Source: the human T2T-CHM13v2.0 reference genome, Homo sapiens. Taken from it: 64,000 nt of DNA. The DNA is taken from the NCBI RefSeq assembly GCF_009914755.1, contig NC_060926.1; one strand, 5' to 3'. The translations under genes were made by a program, and so were the position numbers. Of the stretch, positions 1 to 13,565 are shown one piece after another; within the stretch, counting starts at the first letter, position 1; each line of letters opens with the position of its first letter. The notes under the pieces are model-generated. The model was not told where the DNA came from, ran no database searches, and saw only the letters and a program-made list of their open reading frames with translations.

Positions 1-2599
1 TTCTACTCAATAGTCAGTAGTAAGCACTACCATCCTCACCTTTCTGTATCTATGTCAGTACATGAAGTGACCAATATGACCACAAAACTGTCACAAGCAC
101 CTATGCCCTGGCAAAGTTTCTAATGTTGCCATAGGCCCATGGAGGCACGAAAACCATGCCACATCCCTCTGTTCTACATGTAACTACCCTGACTCAGTTC
201 AGGCTTTAAAAAATATTGACCCTGTGGGCATTTTGATATCTTAGAATAAGTTTAGCCTTGGAGTCAAGCAAAGACATCGTAATAATATTGTCTTAATTTT
301 GTGTAGCCCACATGCTTTCATAGGTATTACTTCTCTTTATTTTCATGAAAAACTTCAATAGGCCCAAAATACATTGCCTAATGTTATTTGTTCCATGTCA
401 TATATAGGCAAAATGAGGTCATTTGCAACTGCGGGCAGTCCAAGCACACAAGTGTTAGTGGCAGTGCCAGACTTCAAATTAGCCACCAAGTCCAAGACTG
501 TATGTTATGCTCCTTCCATAAAAAATATTGTGCAATCAAACCACAGCATCAAATTTTATGTATCATTTAAAGACCATTGTTATTATCCATATTTCATAAG
601 TTTGTACTGATAAACAATTACCAAGAGTAGGCAGAAAATGTTAAAATCATTGCTTTTAAAATATGGTATTTTCATCAAAAATTTCTGTTTTTCACATACT
701 TGTATTAGAAAAGAAATATCAGTATGAGGTTTTTTTTTAAATACAAAATAAAAGCCTTGAAGAGAGACTGTTTTGAATTTTAAACTCTACAGCATCAACC
801 AAATTGCTGCCATAAGTGTTAAAAATAATTAACAACATCAAAATATTATAAATTAAATTGAATTTCTCAAACAGCATCTCTTGTTGTTAGTAATGAAAAC
901 ATCAAAATATACATGAATCATCAGAAGTTATATTCCAGGAGAGATGAATAAAATTAAATCCCACTTTCATTAAATTTAAATTTAATACCATTAAATACAA
1001 ACAAATGCCTATCAGATAGGACAATTAATACCTCCATTGAAATATTTCTATGGGAAACTTTGTTTCTTTTGTTATTCACAATAAAAACATTTTCTCTTTA
1101 GGATTCATGTAAGAAAAGTAAGAAAAAGGTACTAACTATAAATCATTATCATAGGCCTAATAATATAATAGAAATATTTGTACCTTTTTATCTTCATTTA
1201 TTTTAAAGCAAAAATAGATAATATATAATCCATTTTTAATTTTAAATATAATTCTAAACAAACATTTACAAGATAGCCAAAGCATTGAAAGGTGAAACAC
1301 TTTTTGGGGACTATCATGAAATGGCTCTGCTCTCTCTTTGCTTTCTCCTTGTTCTGAGCAGAGGATTCTTTTGTCTCCACTTTAAAATATCACTGTCTTC
1401 AGAAGATCCAGCAAGGTATGAAAGTAGTTGGCATTTAGAGGTTTTGTTCATCATATCACCACTCGTCTTCATATACATTTTACTTCATGTGGCAAACAAT
1501 GCCTTTCTACTTCAATTCATGTTAGTGTACATGGAATTCCACTCCACCTCTGCAGAGGGGCATGGGACTGAAGTCAGGGCAAAAAGAGCATGATTGTCTC
1601 ATGTCACACTGACTGGCCAGTGGTGGGCATATGATTGGCCTTAGCCAGGCCAATAAGAATGATATATGCCCTGTATGGAAGCAATTCAAATTAAATTTTT
1701 TGAAAATCTTTCATTGAGTCTCTTCCTTTTCACTTTTTCACCAGTTGTTCCCCCAAGAGAAGGGCTGGATCATAGATGTAATTTTTAGCCTAGGCTTTTT
1801 TGTCAAGATGATTTTCCTCTAGAGTACAGACTCTTGTTCCATAGTGGGTTTGATTTCATGTCTGCTTCAATTATTTCTACTCCAAAAATACTCCTTAGCA
1901 GGCATCCTCACACATAAATATCTTGATGTGTATAATTGAGCAAAATAGCAAATAATGAAAAGTGAAATATGGATGCTGGCAGCCTTTTCTCTTTGACCCT
2001 CTGAATTGTTTCCCAACAGAAAGGTGAATAATTGGTACAATGAAGGATAGCCTGGAACTTACTAACTTTCTAAGCCAGATGTTTGTCTTTGATTTTCTTT
2101 ACAAGGTTTTTCCAGTTCATTGAATGTAATCTGTTAGTATTTTTTCTTCAAATTAATGTATACTGTTAATGATTATTTAAAACGTGTATTTTTAGAAAAC
2201 TGTCATTAGTCCATTCATTTTTCCTAAGAGAAAAGAAGCAATTATGGTTTGTTATGTATTTGGTTGTATCTCCAAAGAAAATAATTCTGCCTCCTGTTCG
2301 TAAGTTGCCTCATAGAAGTCAACTTGTGATGAAAACCTGGGAATCTAAAAATATGTGCTTCATGTCTTAGCCAGTGATAACAGCTGCCAGTACCATAGGC
2401 ATTGTGAAATCTGGAATAGTTACTATGTTACATTTCTTCTCAAAAATAGATCCCTCTTGGGAGAAATATTGGAAGTTAATATTCATGTCATAGCAGATGA
2501 GAGCCCAAGAGGTGCCTTTAATAATCAATTTCAAGTTATAAGATCAAAACTCAATCTAACTTAAGAAAAACAGAGTTCATGTGTTCATGTAACTGGGAT

Positions 2600-2830
2600 C
2601 AATAATAATATTAACATTTAGGTACATAATTCAATATATGCTAGGCATGTTTCTAAGTGCTTTTTATGTTTTAACTCATTTTATCTTCACAAAATCCCTA
2701 TGACCTAGGTGTTATTACTAAAATCATCATTATTCCATTTTTAGTGTTGAAGAAATCAAACCATAAAGACATTAAGTAAAATAAATGGGGCCACATCTAT
2801 TGACAGAGCTGGGGTTTGATTGCAGATTGG
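2600..2830 (-). mobile_element. MIR
   Basis: Reverse-complement MIR core (CTAAGTGCTTT...AACTCATT...CTTCACAAAATCCCTATGA...ATTCCATTTT). Confidence 0.7.
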
Positions 2831-3619
2831 CTATAGAGATCATGTACCGAATCTTCAGGCAAAAGTGATTCAAATGCTGCTGGTTCCTGAGGTATCTTCC
2901 AGAAAGCCCTGTGGGAAGTACAACCAAAATATTGACAGCAGGACTCTTTTGGTTTATCTTGTCAACTCTGCTTGTGTTTGCTTCTCTTGGTTTGTTGATC
3001 ACATTCTCTCCTCCTTACCAGGCCTCTCAGTCTAGCTCAGAACCCATCCTCCATTAGGCTCAGGATACTGACCTCAAGTGGTAGAATATTGTCTAGACCA
3101 GGGTCATCCGCCCACTTCCAAGATTTGGAATATAGTAGGTTACCAAAGTAAGGAGTATGAGAAAGTCTTCTGGGCAGACAAAAGCAAATAGCTACACATT
3201 CCTCTGTAGTCTCCTATACATGCAATGGATAGGTTTTGCTCTGTTTTTTTTATAGTGAATGTTAAAGCATAAAAATAGGAGTGTATGTCTTACAGGAATC
3301 TCCAAATCCGTTGTAGGACATTTTAACAATTACTTATTCTGGGAATGTGATTTAGGATCTACAAGATTTTCATAGCCCATAAAAAGTTATGAGAGCTGTA
3401 AAAAGTAAATTGGCTCAAAAAAACCTTAAAAATCAAAAAAAGTAAATATCTAATTAAATTTTTATAAAAGTAACGTATCGGAAAGACAGCGGTAACCCAA
3501 CTCAATTCATATATAGGTACTTTTAATAGATTTGGTATAAGAGGACTAAGTTCCTCAAAAGTATAAGACTCTAGAGCCTGTGGAAAACCTTAAATGGCAC
3601 TGCTTTACTAAGATAAATC

Positions 3620-3867
<248 letters not shown>

Positions 3868-4600
3868 TCTGCTAAGATAACAGTGGGAGAACCAAAGTAT
3901 CCAAAGGGATTAGAATCAGACAAAAACTGAATAATGCCACCATTCAGTGAGTTCATTTGCCACCTTGGTCCACATCATTGCAAAACAAATGGAGCAATTT
4001 AAACTTTGGTTATCTTTTCTATGGTTTCTGTCAAAACTCTCACAGATGAGAAGATCTTCATCCTGTGTTTGCTCACAGAATATAACAATGACAATTATGA
4101 TTTCTAGAGTTATTAAAATAGTCATGTTTTTAAAATGAAAGGCCATGAGCTAAAAGGAGAGTATCCTGATTATATGAGTAAATTTAGAATAATATATAGT
4201 CTGCACTGTTTAAGTAAAACCTAATGTTGAAAATGATGAATTCTTCTTCAGTTGTTGGATATAAGTTCTGTCATAAGAGCACTGTGTCCTTAGGCCACTA
4301 ACTGCGCAAACTATCCATTTGCTTGTCCTTTTTTATATCTCACCCAGACAAGGAGAATCTACTTTTCCTTTTATTTCAATGATTTATTTTGTTACTCTGA
4401 TTGTTTGAGTTGTTGTGCATAGCCCTGGATGGCTCTTATTCTAATTTAGATTACTGCTTCTTAGCAGGGTTATAGAAACAACCAGATATGTACCAGTGAT
4501 ATTGGGAATTAGAAAAGTGACATGGTGTATGCATCATTTTACTCAAAGATTTGAAGAGGTTTTTTAATAAATATAGACACTCATAAGTATTCATGGAGAA

Positions 4601-4625
4601 TGATAGATGATAGATAGATAGATAG
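4601..4625. repeat. (GATA)n microsatellite
   Basis: TGATAGATGATAGATAGATAGATAG. Confidence 0.8.
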
Positions 4626-5582
4626 GATTTCCTCAGAAGGGTAAAAATTGTGATTCTCATATAAACATTAAAGAAATACAAATAAAATATTTTATCTACT
4701 CATTAATTGAGAGGATCAGTAAGATGTTACAATCAGTTCAAAAAAGAATTTAATATTAATAGTCAAATAAAAAGTATGTAAATTAATTTACAAATAGATA
4801 TAAAACTGGTTTAATATCCAAGGGATAACAATCAGATTCCACTGAATACAATTTGGATCTCTATGGGCAAATATCATTTTCATTGCTATCAATTATCTAA
4901 AACTTACAGATATGTGAAATAGTTCAAAAACAATGAAAGGCATAGCCCCCACATTGTATCTGATAACACTGAAAAGTATGATAAATGCTTTGTTTCCATT
5001 GTTTTGTTTCAAATTTTCACAATTTTTTCTGAAAATAGAATCTATCAATAAACATAGATATAAATAAAAGTTTGAAATTTCTAAAGTAAAATATCAACTG
5101 CAATACTGCATTATGTTTTCAAAAAAAAGGTGGCATTTAAAACACTTTTGACTTTTAACAATGAATACTGCATCATTTTTTATAGTACCTTTACAACAGG
5201 AGTTCAAAACCTGGGATACATGGGTAGCATTTTTGAATCTTCCATGGGAAGAAGCCATTTATTTTCATGAAAGTCTAAAACAGTGTTTGACACACAGTGG
5301 GTGGAAATCAATTCTTTAGGGAGCACTTTGGGAGAAAATTCTTTGATATGAACTCATTCAAGTATTCCCTCAAATGCAGAATATGGCAGTTCTACTTCCT
5401 TGGTATTCTTCATAAGCCTGAAAGCAGAATCTTATTTTCAGAAAGAAATAAAAAGACATTTTTCTTTTAATATTTTCCCATATTATTTAGTTTTGACATT
5501 TGTGTTCATTTTATTTTTAGCTTTTGCAAATCCACCCCTTGCCACACACACATTTTAGTGTGGTGTTCAAAATTCTACTGTG

Positions 5583-6353
5583 AGAAATAGGACCTTTCAT
5601 TTGTTGCTGGTGGGAACGTAAAATGGAACAACCACTTTGGAAGGCAGTTTGGTGGTTTCTTACAAAACTAAACATAATCTTAGCATATGATCCAGGACTT
5701 GGGCTCCTTGGTATTTACCCAAAGACGCTGAAAGCTTAGGTCCACACAGCAATCTGGACAGAGATGTTTATAAAAACTTTATTCATATTTGCCAAAACTT
5801 GGAGGCAGTAAATATGTAACTTCAGTAAGTGAATGGATAAACTGGTACATCTAGATGATGGAATATTACTCAGCACTAAAAAAGAAATGGGCTATCAAAC
5901 TATGAAAGACATATCATTAAGTGAAAGAAGCCAGTCTGATTTCAATTGTGTGACATTCTGGAAAGAGCAAAATTATGGAGATAGTAAAGAGATCAGCGGT
6001 TTCTGGGAGCTGGGTGAGAAGAGGATGAATAGAAGTAGCACAGGGAATTTTTAGGGGCAGTAAAATATACTTCGTATGATAGTATAACGGTGGATTCATG
6101 TCATTATACACATGTCTGATCCAGTAGAATGTACAACAACATCAAGTGAACCCTATTGTAAACCATGGACTTTGTGTGATTATGATATGTTAATGTGGGT
6201 TCATCTATTATAACTAGTGTATCCCCTCTGGGGCAGGATGTTGATAATGAGCAGGGCTGTGTATGTGTGGAGGCAGGACATTATGGGAAATCTCTTCCTT
6301 TCAATTTTTCTTTGAACCTAAAACTTCTCTCTAAAAAAAATCTATTTTAAAAA
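5583..6353 (+). mobile_element. L1MC1/2-like 3' fragment
   Basis: Degenerate ORF2 C-terminus (TGCTGGTGGGAACGTAAAATGG) plus 3'UTR ending GAACCTAAAACT...AAAA. Confidence 0.85.
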
Positions 6354-7184
6354 GTCTACTATGTGGTAGCTGGACGTTATACAGTTATCTGACTATCTTA
6401 GGTTGAAAAAATGAGAAGAAACAAAGACCCTTGGAGAAGATACGTCAAACCCACTTTATGTACCTCAGAAATTTTGTATTTTATAATCATTTCAATAATC
6501 TTTGTGGGCTAAGAATTATTACCCTCATTTCACAGATAATGGTACTAAGGTTCAGAGAGGTTAAGCAGTTGCCTGTGTCTGTATTTGCTCTAAGTTTTGT
6601 CTAACTCTAATATCTGTACAACTTTACTACTACATCATGATGCCTCTGTATTTCCAGCTTTCCATATTCTAATCTTCCAATAGAAAGTTGCAAAAAGCCT
6701 TTAAAATCATAAAAATGGTTAGTGGCCACATGTCAAATATTCATTTAATTAATTAGGGAACCAACAGAAAGACAAGAGAGCTGATTCCCAGAACATTTGA
6801 AAAACACGGTTTTGTACAGTTGGTCAGAAAAGAAATACCAAAAGAAGACTGCCAAATTATATATAAAACTAGTTATTTTCCTACTAGAGAATAAAATAAT
6901 AGCTTTTGAAATTATTTTTCCTACCAGTACTCCACCCTACAAATCACATCTCATCAGGGTGTTTTTTTTCTCTCTAAATGTTAACCTGTAACAGTACAGG
7001 CATGTAAAACACCCAGGCCTTTGTTAATAAAGCAGCATTATGTACTCCAAGAGAGTCAAATGAGAGTCAAATAGGCTCATGAGGTTCATGAGCAACTGGT
7101 CCAGCATCATATTGATAAATCAAGAATTATCATTTTGCTATATTTCCAATTTTGAAATAAATTATTATTTTACACAGTATAGCG

Positions 7185-7395
7185 ATTCAAGAGTATTAGC
7201 CCTGGAGCAAACTGCTTTGGTTCAAATAAGACCTCTTTCCCCCATTAGTTCTGTGTCCTTAAACAACTTACTTAGCTCTCTGTGCTTTAATTTCCTAATT
7301 CTTAAAATGCAACAATAATGATGGAGTTTACCTTATGAAGTGTTATAGTAGTTAATGGAGGCTTGCACATGGCAAATAACCAGTCAAAGTTGATA
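7185..7395 (+). mobile_element. MIR
   Basis: CTCTCTGTGCTTTAATTTCCTAATTCTTAAAATG core. Confidence 0.65.
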
Positions 7396-9145
7396 ATTCG
7401 AGGTTGACTTCATCTTGGTCCTTTTTGTTGCAGCTACAAGGTGGGGCTACAGCAATTTTCACCTTGAGGGGTTTTGCCTTTTCTTTCTCACTTGTTTCTA
7501 GATGTACATTCATTGCCTTAGTTTTATTTCTCCATGTGAATAGCACCTTGCTCAATGCTCTTTTTATGAACCATGTTTCCAGTTGGTCAAATTTATATGC
7601 AGTTGTGTTCATGTCAGACAATCTATCACCAACTGTGATTAATTTAATATTACTACAAATTGGATGAGCATATTCATGATTCTAGGACCAGATCATCAGT
7701 CAAGGATTGTATAAGATTGCTTCCAGAACCAATGCATTAACATAAAGTTCCTTGAACTTAATATAAAATGTGTCATACATTGTGTTTATATCTATATTTC
7801 TATAGATTTTTATTGACCTTAAAACTATAAAATTACTTCACCTGAAATGTGTGATTTAAAAGTCAAGATAACTCATTCTCAAATATATTCTTTTTTTCCC
7901 TTTTTACAATTTTACCTACCTTTTCTAAAATGCTGCCTTTTAATGAGCAGAAACTGAACAACAGACAACAGACTGAACATTTGGATATAAAAGGATATGT
8001 CATCAGTATAAATAGTACTAGTGTAGTTAATTACATACAGATAGTTTTATAAATGCGATGGCTAGCAGTCCCTTAAAATTCTAAGATATTACTCTACACT
8101 GAATAATTTAAATTAGAAATGCAAAGCAAATGCTAAAGGTAGCATTTGGCAATGTTCTTGATTAGAATATCTGCATGTAGTATTTGTTTATGCAGCAACT
8201 GAAGTGCCCTCCCTGGTTGTTTTGCTATTTGAAGAATCTTCATAGAATCTCAAGTACTTGTTGTCACTGAGGCAAAAACTAATTTGCTTCCCATTATTAT
8301 ATCTGCCTTTCCGTTCGTGTATTTAATTGTGGTGAGGTCTTGGGAGTAGTTACTGATTTTTGTACAAGGAAAAATTAGAGTAGAGTTGTTACTTTTGGCA
8401 GCTCACAGATAAAAAAAAATTGATAGAAAATAGGTTGGAAGGCAGAATTAAACCCAAACTATAAAGGCCTTAATTAGTGGAAGCATAATTATAGGGAGCT
8501 ATTGTAGAATAAAATCTAAATTGTATTAAAATATTTTTCCAACTGATTTGAAGATGGAAAAGGCATGTTTTACACTACAAGCAATTTCTCTAAATTACTG
8601 CCCTTCACTGAATTTCATAAATTAAAACTGAGAGCTAAAATAAGAGCTTGTTGCTCTCATTGTTTTTGTTTGTTCAGTTTAGAATGATTTTCTAAGGCAT
8701 TTTTTTGAGCAATAATGTGATTTCTTCTTGTTGTTATGGTGAAGCCAGTCCAATCATTTTCAAGGCCAGGGATATCACTGATTATTCAAATAGATAGACA
8801 GTACAAAGTTCCCTCGTTAAGAAGTTGTTCAATCATTTGATCATTAAATAAGCAGTTATTATATACATTCACAGCACAGAATAGACACTCAGTATCACTC
8901 TTCCTATAACGAGGGATGCTAAGGAAGAGGCTAAACATGGAGAGTATTTGGGATCAAATAAAGGAGACAAAATATCTAGCATTTTGGTCCCAACAGTCTC
9001 CAAAGAGGCATAAACAAACAGGGATATAAAAACGACGGAGTGGAGAATGGAAGGTAACCAAGAATTGCGAGTTATTATTACTGCACAGTTTTAAACATAA
9101 ATATGCAAACATTTAAGCATTCATAATGTCATAATTAGTTAAGCT

Positions 9146-9412
9146 TGTATATACGTTAGGCCATTCTTGCACTGCTATAAATAAATAACTTGACTGGGTA
9201 GTTTATAAGAAAAGAAGTTGAATTGGCTCATGGTTCTGCAGGCTGTACAGGAAGCATGGCAGCATCAGCTTCTGGGGAGGCTTAGGAAGCTTCCAGTCAT
9301 GGTGGAAGGCAAAGAGGGAACAAGCATGTCACATGGCAAGAGCAGGAGAAACAGAGAGATAAAGGGAGAGAGAGAGTTGGGACAGGGGAGAGGAGGTTCC
9401 ACACACTTTTAA
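9146..9412 (-). mobile_element. MaLR MST-type LTR, partial
   Basis: TTAGGCCATTCTTGCACTGCTATAA...GGCTCATGGTTCTGCAGGCTGTACAGGAAGCATGG. Confidence 0.85.
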
Positions 9413-9420
9413 GCATTTTA

Positions 9421-9491
9421 AGGCAGAGGTTGCAGTGAGCTGAGATTGCGCTACTGCACAGCAAGGTGGGCAACAGAGTGGAAAAAAAAAA
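9421..9491 (+). mobile_element. Alu 3'-terminal fragment
   Basis: AGGCAGAGGTTGCAGTGAGCTGAGATTGCG...poly(A). Confidence 0.85.
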
Positions 9492-9799
9492 TTTAGAAAG
9501 AACATTCTTGTAAATGAAAAGAGATTCCTTCCAAGTTAGAAAAAAAAGTTGGCAATCTGTATGTGTCATGCATTGAATATTTTTTTTGATTTTCTTTTGT
9601 CATGGTCAAAATTGGTCAAAATTTCATTACTGACCAAGGTTCAGAAATCACTGGACCAGAGGTCAAAGTATGTCATATGGACATTTCACAATCTAGCCCC
9701 AACCTAGCTTTCTACTCTCATCTTCTGCAATCTTTACCCATGAATTCTAAGCTTCAGCTACACTGAAACACTTTTCATGCTCCTAACGAGCACATGCTT

Positions 9800-10040
9800 T
9801 GGAGAGCACAGACTTGAGATCCTATCCTATTGCCTGCTACTTGACTTCCCTGAGCCTCTGCGTCTCCTATGAGAGGCAGGATGTAATCGTGCTTCGAACT
9901 TTTATGCTCTACCACTCAGCGGTGTGGCTTTGTGTAGGCCATTTAGCCCCTGTGTGCTTCAGTTGCTTCATCTATAACAGGAGGATAATAACATTACCTG
10001 CCCTATTGAAGTGTGTGAATTAAATGAGTCAATAAAGGAA
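9800..10040 (+). mobile_element. MIR fragments
   Basis: GTGCTTCAGTTGCTTCATCTATAACAGGAGGATAATAA...GAATTAAATGAG. Confidence 0.6.
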
Positions 10041-10061
10041 GCTTCAAATGTATAAGCACGC

Positions 10062-10215
10062 TTATCAGTTTTCTGCTACTGTGTAACAACCCACCCCAAA
10101 TTTTATGGCTTCATATAATGATTTGTCACTTTTCATGATTTTAAGGTTTGCTGGCATGTGTGTCACCCAGGGTCACTCACCCAGCTACATTCGTCCGGTG
10201 GATGAGCTGAGCTTC
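10062..10215 (-). mobile_element. MLT1-type LTR fragment
   Basis: TGCTACTGTGTAACAACCCACCCCAAA terminal motif. Confidence 0.55.
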
Positions 10216-11173
10216 TTGCAATCCCTAATCTTTTTATACTATTAAATTCTTTACCAAATGTCTTTTAAACTGTAAGTGTTCACTGAATTTAAAATGAACA
10301 AAATTCAAATCATATCACATTTTAATTTAGGTAATATCTGAACTGCTGAGGTCTTTATATGCCAGTATTTAACTTCATAAGGTAATAAATTTAAGAAACG
10401 CCCTGCAGAGACATGAGAAAATCCATTCTTCTGAGAATTTTGCAATTAGGACAAACATGTCTAGAATTATACAAATTTCACACTTCTCTACTTCCAGAGA
10501 GTAGGTTTTTATCACCATGAATTCTAATTATCTGTGGTGATTAATATTAATAATCCCACACGAATCCTGAAATAATAAATTATTAGTCTTCCAAAGGTGT
10601 AGTTTCTTACTATAACAACTTTCATTGGTTCAACTTATTTAAAAATGGAAAAGAACAATTTATGCTCATCTTTACTCTGTTTTTTTTTCAGACTTCATTG
10701 GTTCTAAAAGTCTCATTTCAAATAAAGCTTGAATTTTACACAATAGCAGTGTTTCAACAAATGAAATAAAGAAGGACTGTAATTTTATATTCTCAACTAT
10801 CTTCATGGCCAGTGTAGATTGATGGAAAACAAATGATGAAGAAAAGCTTCTGTTTCATCATGACTCTTTCAATTATATGGTGCAGATGTGGACAATATCA
10901 AAATTCAATTTAAAAATTGCTTAGGCATTTCATATACAAAATTATTATTGCAGAGAGAGATATGTCAAGAAACTAAACATGATTTTAAAGGAACTAACTT
11001 TTTTGTTTCTTAAAATAGCCTACTGGTTCTGGGGCTAGTTATGGTGTCCCTAGCATACCTGGTAATGTTCCCCTATTATGCAAATGTAACATATGTTGCA
11101 TGCTCTCCAAAGTGCAAATGTGCAGTGTACGTTGTAACTGTCTCTTGTAGAGCCCAGGATACCACTATTGTGT

Positions 11174-11467
11174 TGATATGGTTTGGCTGTTTCCCCACCC
11201 AAATCTCCTCTTGAATTGTAGCTCCCATAATTCCCTCGTGTGGTGGGAGGGACCTGGTGAAAGGTAATTGAATCATAGGGATGGGTCTTTTTCATGCTGT
11301 TCTCCTTATAGTGATAAGTCTCACAAGATCTGGTGGTTTTATAAAAGGAAGTTTCCCTGCACATGCCCTTGCCTGCTGCCATGTAAGTCATCCCTTTGCT
11401 CCTCCTCTGCCTTCCACCATGAGTGTCTGGTATGTCTTCATAAGCAGCATGAGAACAGACTAATACC
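11174..11467 (+). mobile_element. THE1-type solo LTR with internal deletion
   Basis: TGATATGGTTTGGCTGT...AACAGACTAATAC. Perfect 5-bp TSD TGTGT at 11169-11173 and 11468-11472. Confidence 0.92.
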
Positions 11468-12287
11468 TGTGTCTTCAAGAGAAATAGTTCAATTCCATTT
11501 CAGTATGAATCTAGAAGTCTGAATTTTTTGATTTGATTAAATGCAGTAGCAACAACAGATCAAAATGGCCATGCTCTGGATTAGTTAGTCTGGACTTGCC
11601 TTTGAATAGGAAGTAGAATGTTCCATCAGTTATGAAACCAATATAGGCTCTGAGGATGAGCTACTACCTCTGGTGCACCGTCACTTCCTTAAAATACCAT
11701 TTTTCCACAACAGCTTTATTCTACTGTAGACATTCTTAATGATATTATTTAGTCTCTCTAACATCTGTCTTCCTTCCTTCTTTCCTTCCTTCCTCTGTTC
11801 TAATTCTTGCATAGCCAGTCATTGCCTCCCTTATACAGTCTTCATTTTTAAAAGAAAAAACATGATTTTAATCATGCTATGTATAAAAGTATTATGAATT
11901 ATTTTTCTAAGTTGAGATATAAAGAAATCATAGGAATTTTCCCCACATATTTTATTGTTACATTTTATTTTTTGATTATAAAAGTAATAAAGTATTAAAC
12001 CCATCACTCCAAGGAACTGACATATTTTTGTATAACCCTACTGGGTGTGTGTGTGAATGGGCAGTAAGTAGTGAGGGACCACAAAAATGACCATGTAAGC
12101 TAAACCATGCAAAACAATCTTAATAATCTATGGAAAATTTATGAATGTTCCATGATGTACAATTTTTGTCAAAATATTAAGAACTGCTACTATCAACTAT
12201 AAATACATGTGGAAATTTAAAAATAATAAAACACGTATTTAGTAAACTAATTTAAATCATTAGAAATATTAAGAATTAAATTATTTC

Positions 12288-13036
12288 AATCATTAGAGAA
12301 ATGCAAACCAAAACCACAGTGAGATACCATCTCACGCCAGTCAGAATGGCAATTATTAAAACGTCAAGAAACAACAGATGCTGGTGAGGTTGTGGAGGAA
12401 TAGGAACGCTTTTACACTGTTGGTGGGAATGTAAATTCGTTCAACCATTGTGGAAGAAAGGATGATGATTCCTCAAAGATTAAGAACCAGAAATACCATT
12501 GGACCCAGCAATCCCACTACTGGGTATATACCCAAAGGAACATAAATCATTCTGTTATAAAGACACGTGCATGCATATGTTCACTGCAGCATTATTCACA
12601 ATAGCAAAGACATGGAATTAACCCAAATGCCCATCAGTGATAGACTGGATAAAGAAAATGTAGTACATATACACCATAGAATACTACGCAGTCGTGAAAA
12701 GGAACAAAATCATGTCCTTTGCAGGGACATGAAGCTGGAAGCCATTATCTTCAGCAAACTAATGGAGGAACAAAAACCTAAACACTGCATGTTCTTACTT
12801 ATAAGTAGGAGTTGAACAATGAGAACACAGGGACACAGGGAGGGGAACAACACACACTGGGGCCTGTTGCAGGAGGGTAGGGAGGGGAGAGCATTAGGAA
12901 AGAGAGTTAATGCATGCTGGGCTTAATACCTAGGTGATGGGTTGATAGGTGTGGCAAACCATCATGGCACACATTTACCTGTGTAACAAACCTGCACATC
13001 CTGTACATGTACCCCGGAACTTATAAAATAAAATAA
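12288..13036 (+). mobile_element. Older L1PA 3' fragment (5'-truncated)
   Basis: Decayed ORF2 C-terminus plus 3'UTR ending ACATGTACCCCGGAACTTATAAAATAAAATAA. Confidence 0.92.
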
Positions 13037-13060
13037 TTGTTTCTTTGTAAAACATATCAA

Positions 13061-13565
13061 AATATGGAAATATTATTCATAGCATTTTTCATAAGAGACA
13101 AAAATGGGAAACAAATTAAATGTCTATCAATTAGAAAACGGATAGACAAAATGCAGTATGTCTATTCAACGGAAAACTATTCAGCCATAAGAAAGAATAA
13201 ATTACTGACTCGTGCTATGATGTGAATGAACCTCAAAACCCTATGCTAAGTGAAAAAAGGGAAACACAAGAGACCACATATTGTATAATTCCATTTACAT
13301 AAAATGTCCAGAAAAGGCAGATCTATAGAGACAGAAAGAAGACTGTTAGTTGTTTAGGGAAGAGGTTGTGAGTATGAGGGGCAAGAGGATTAACAGTAAA
13401 TAAATATGAAGGATTGAGGGGGGTGAGGGAAATGTTCTTAAAACTCCAAATGGCAATGATTGTACAACTTGATAATTTACTACAAAAAGCATTGACCCAT
13501 ACACTTGAAATAAGTACATTATATGTTTTATAAAATATATCTCACTAAACTTATATATTTAAAAA
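13061..13565 (+). mobile_element. L1MB-type 3' fragment
   Basis: GAATGAACCTCAAAACCCTATGCTAAGTGAAA...CATATTGTATAATTCCATTTA. Flanks AAAACATATCAA / AAAAATTATCAA. Confidence 0.85.

Noticed and set aside
11050-11522. 142-aa minus-strand ORF and overlapping ORFs
   Set aside because: They lie mostly within the THE1 LTR and contain no recognisable domain.
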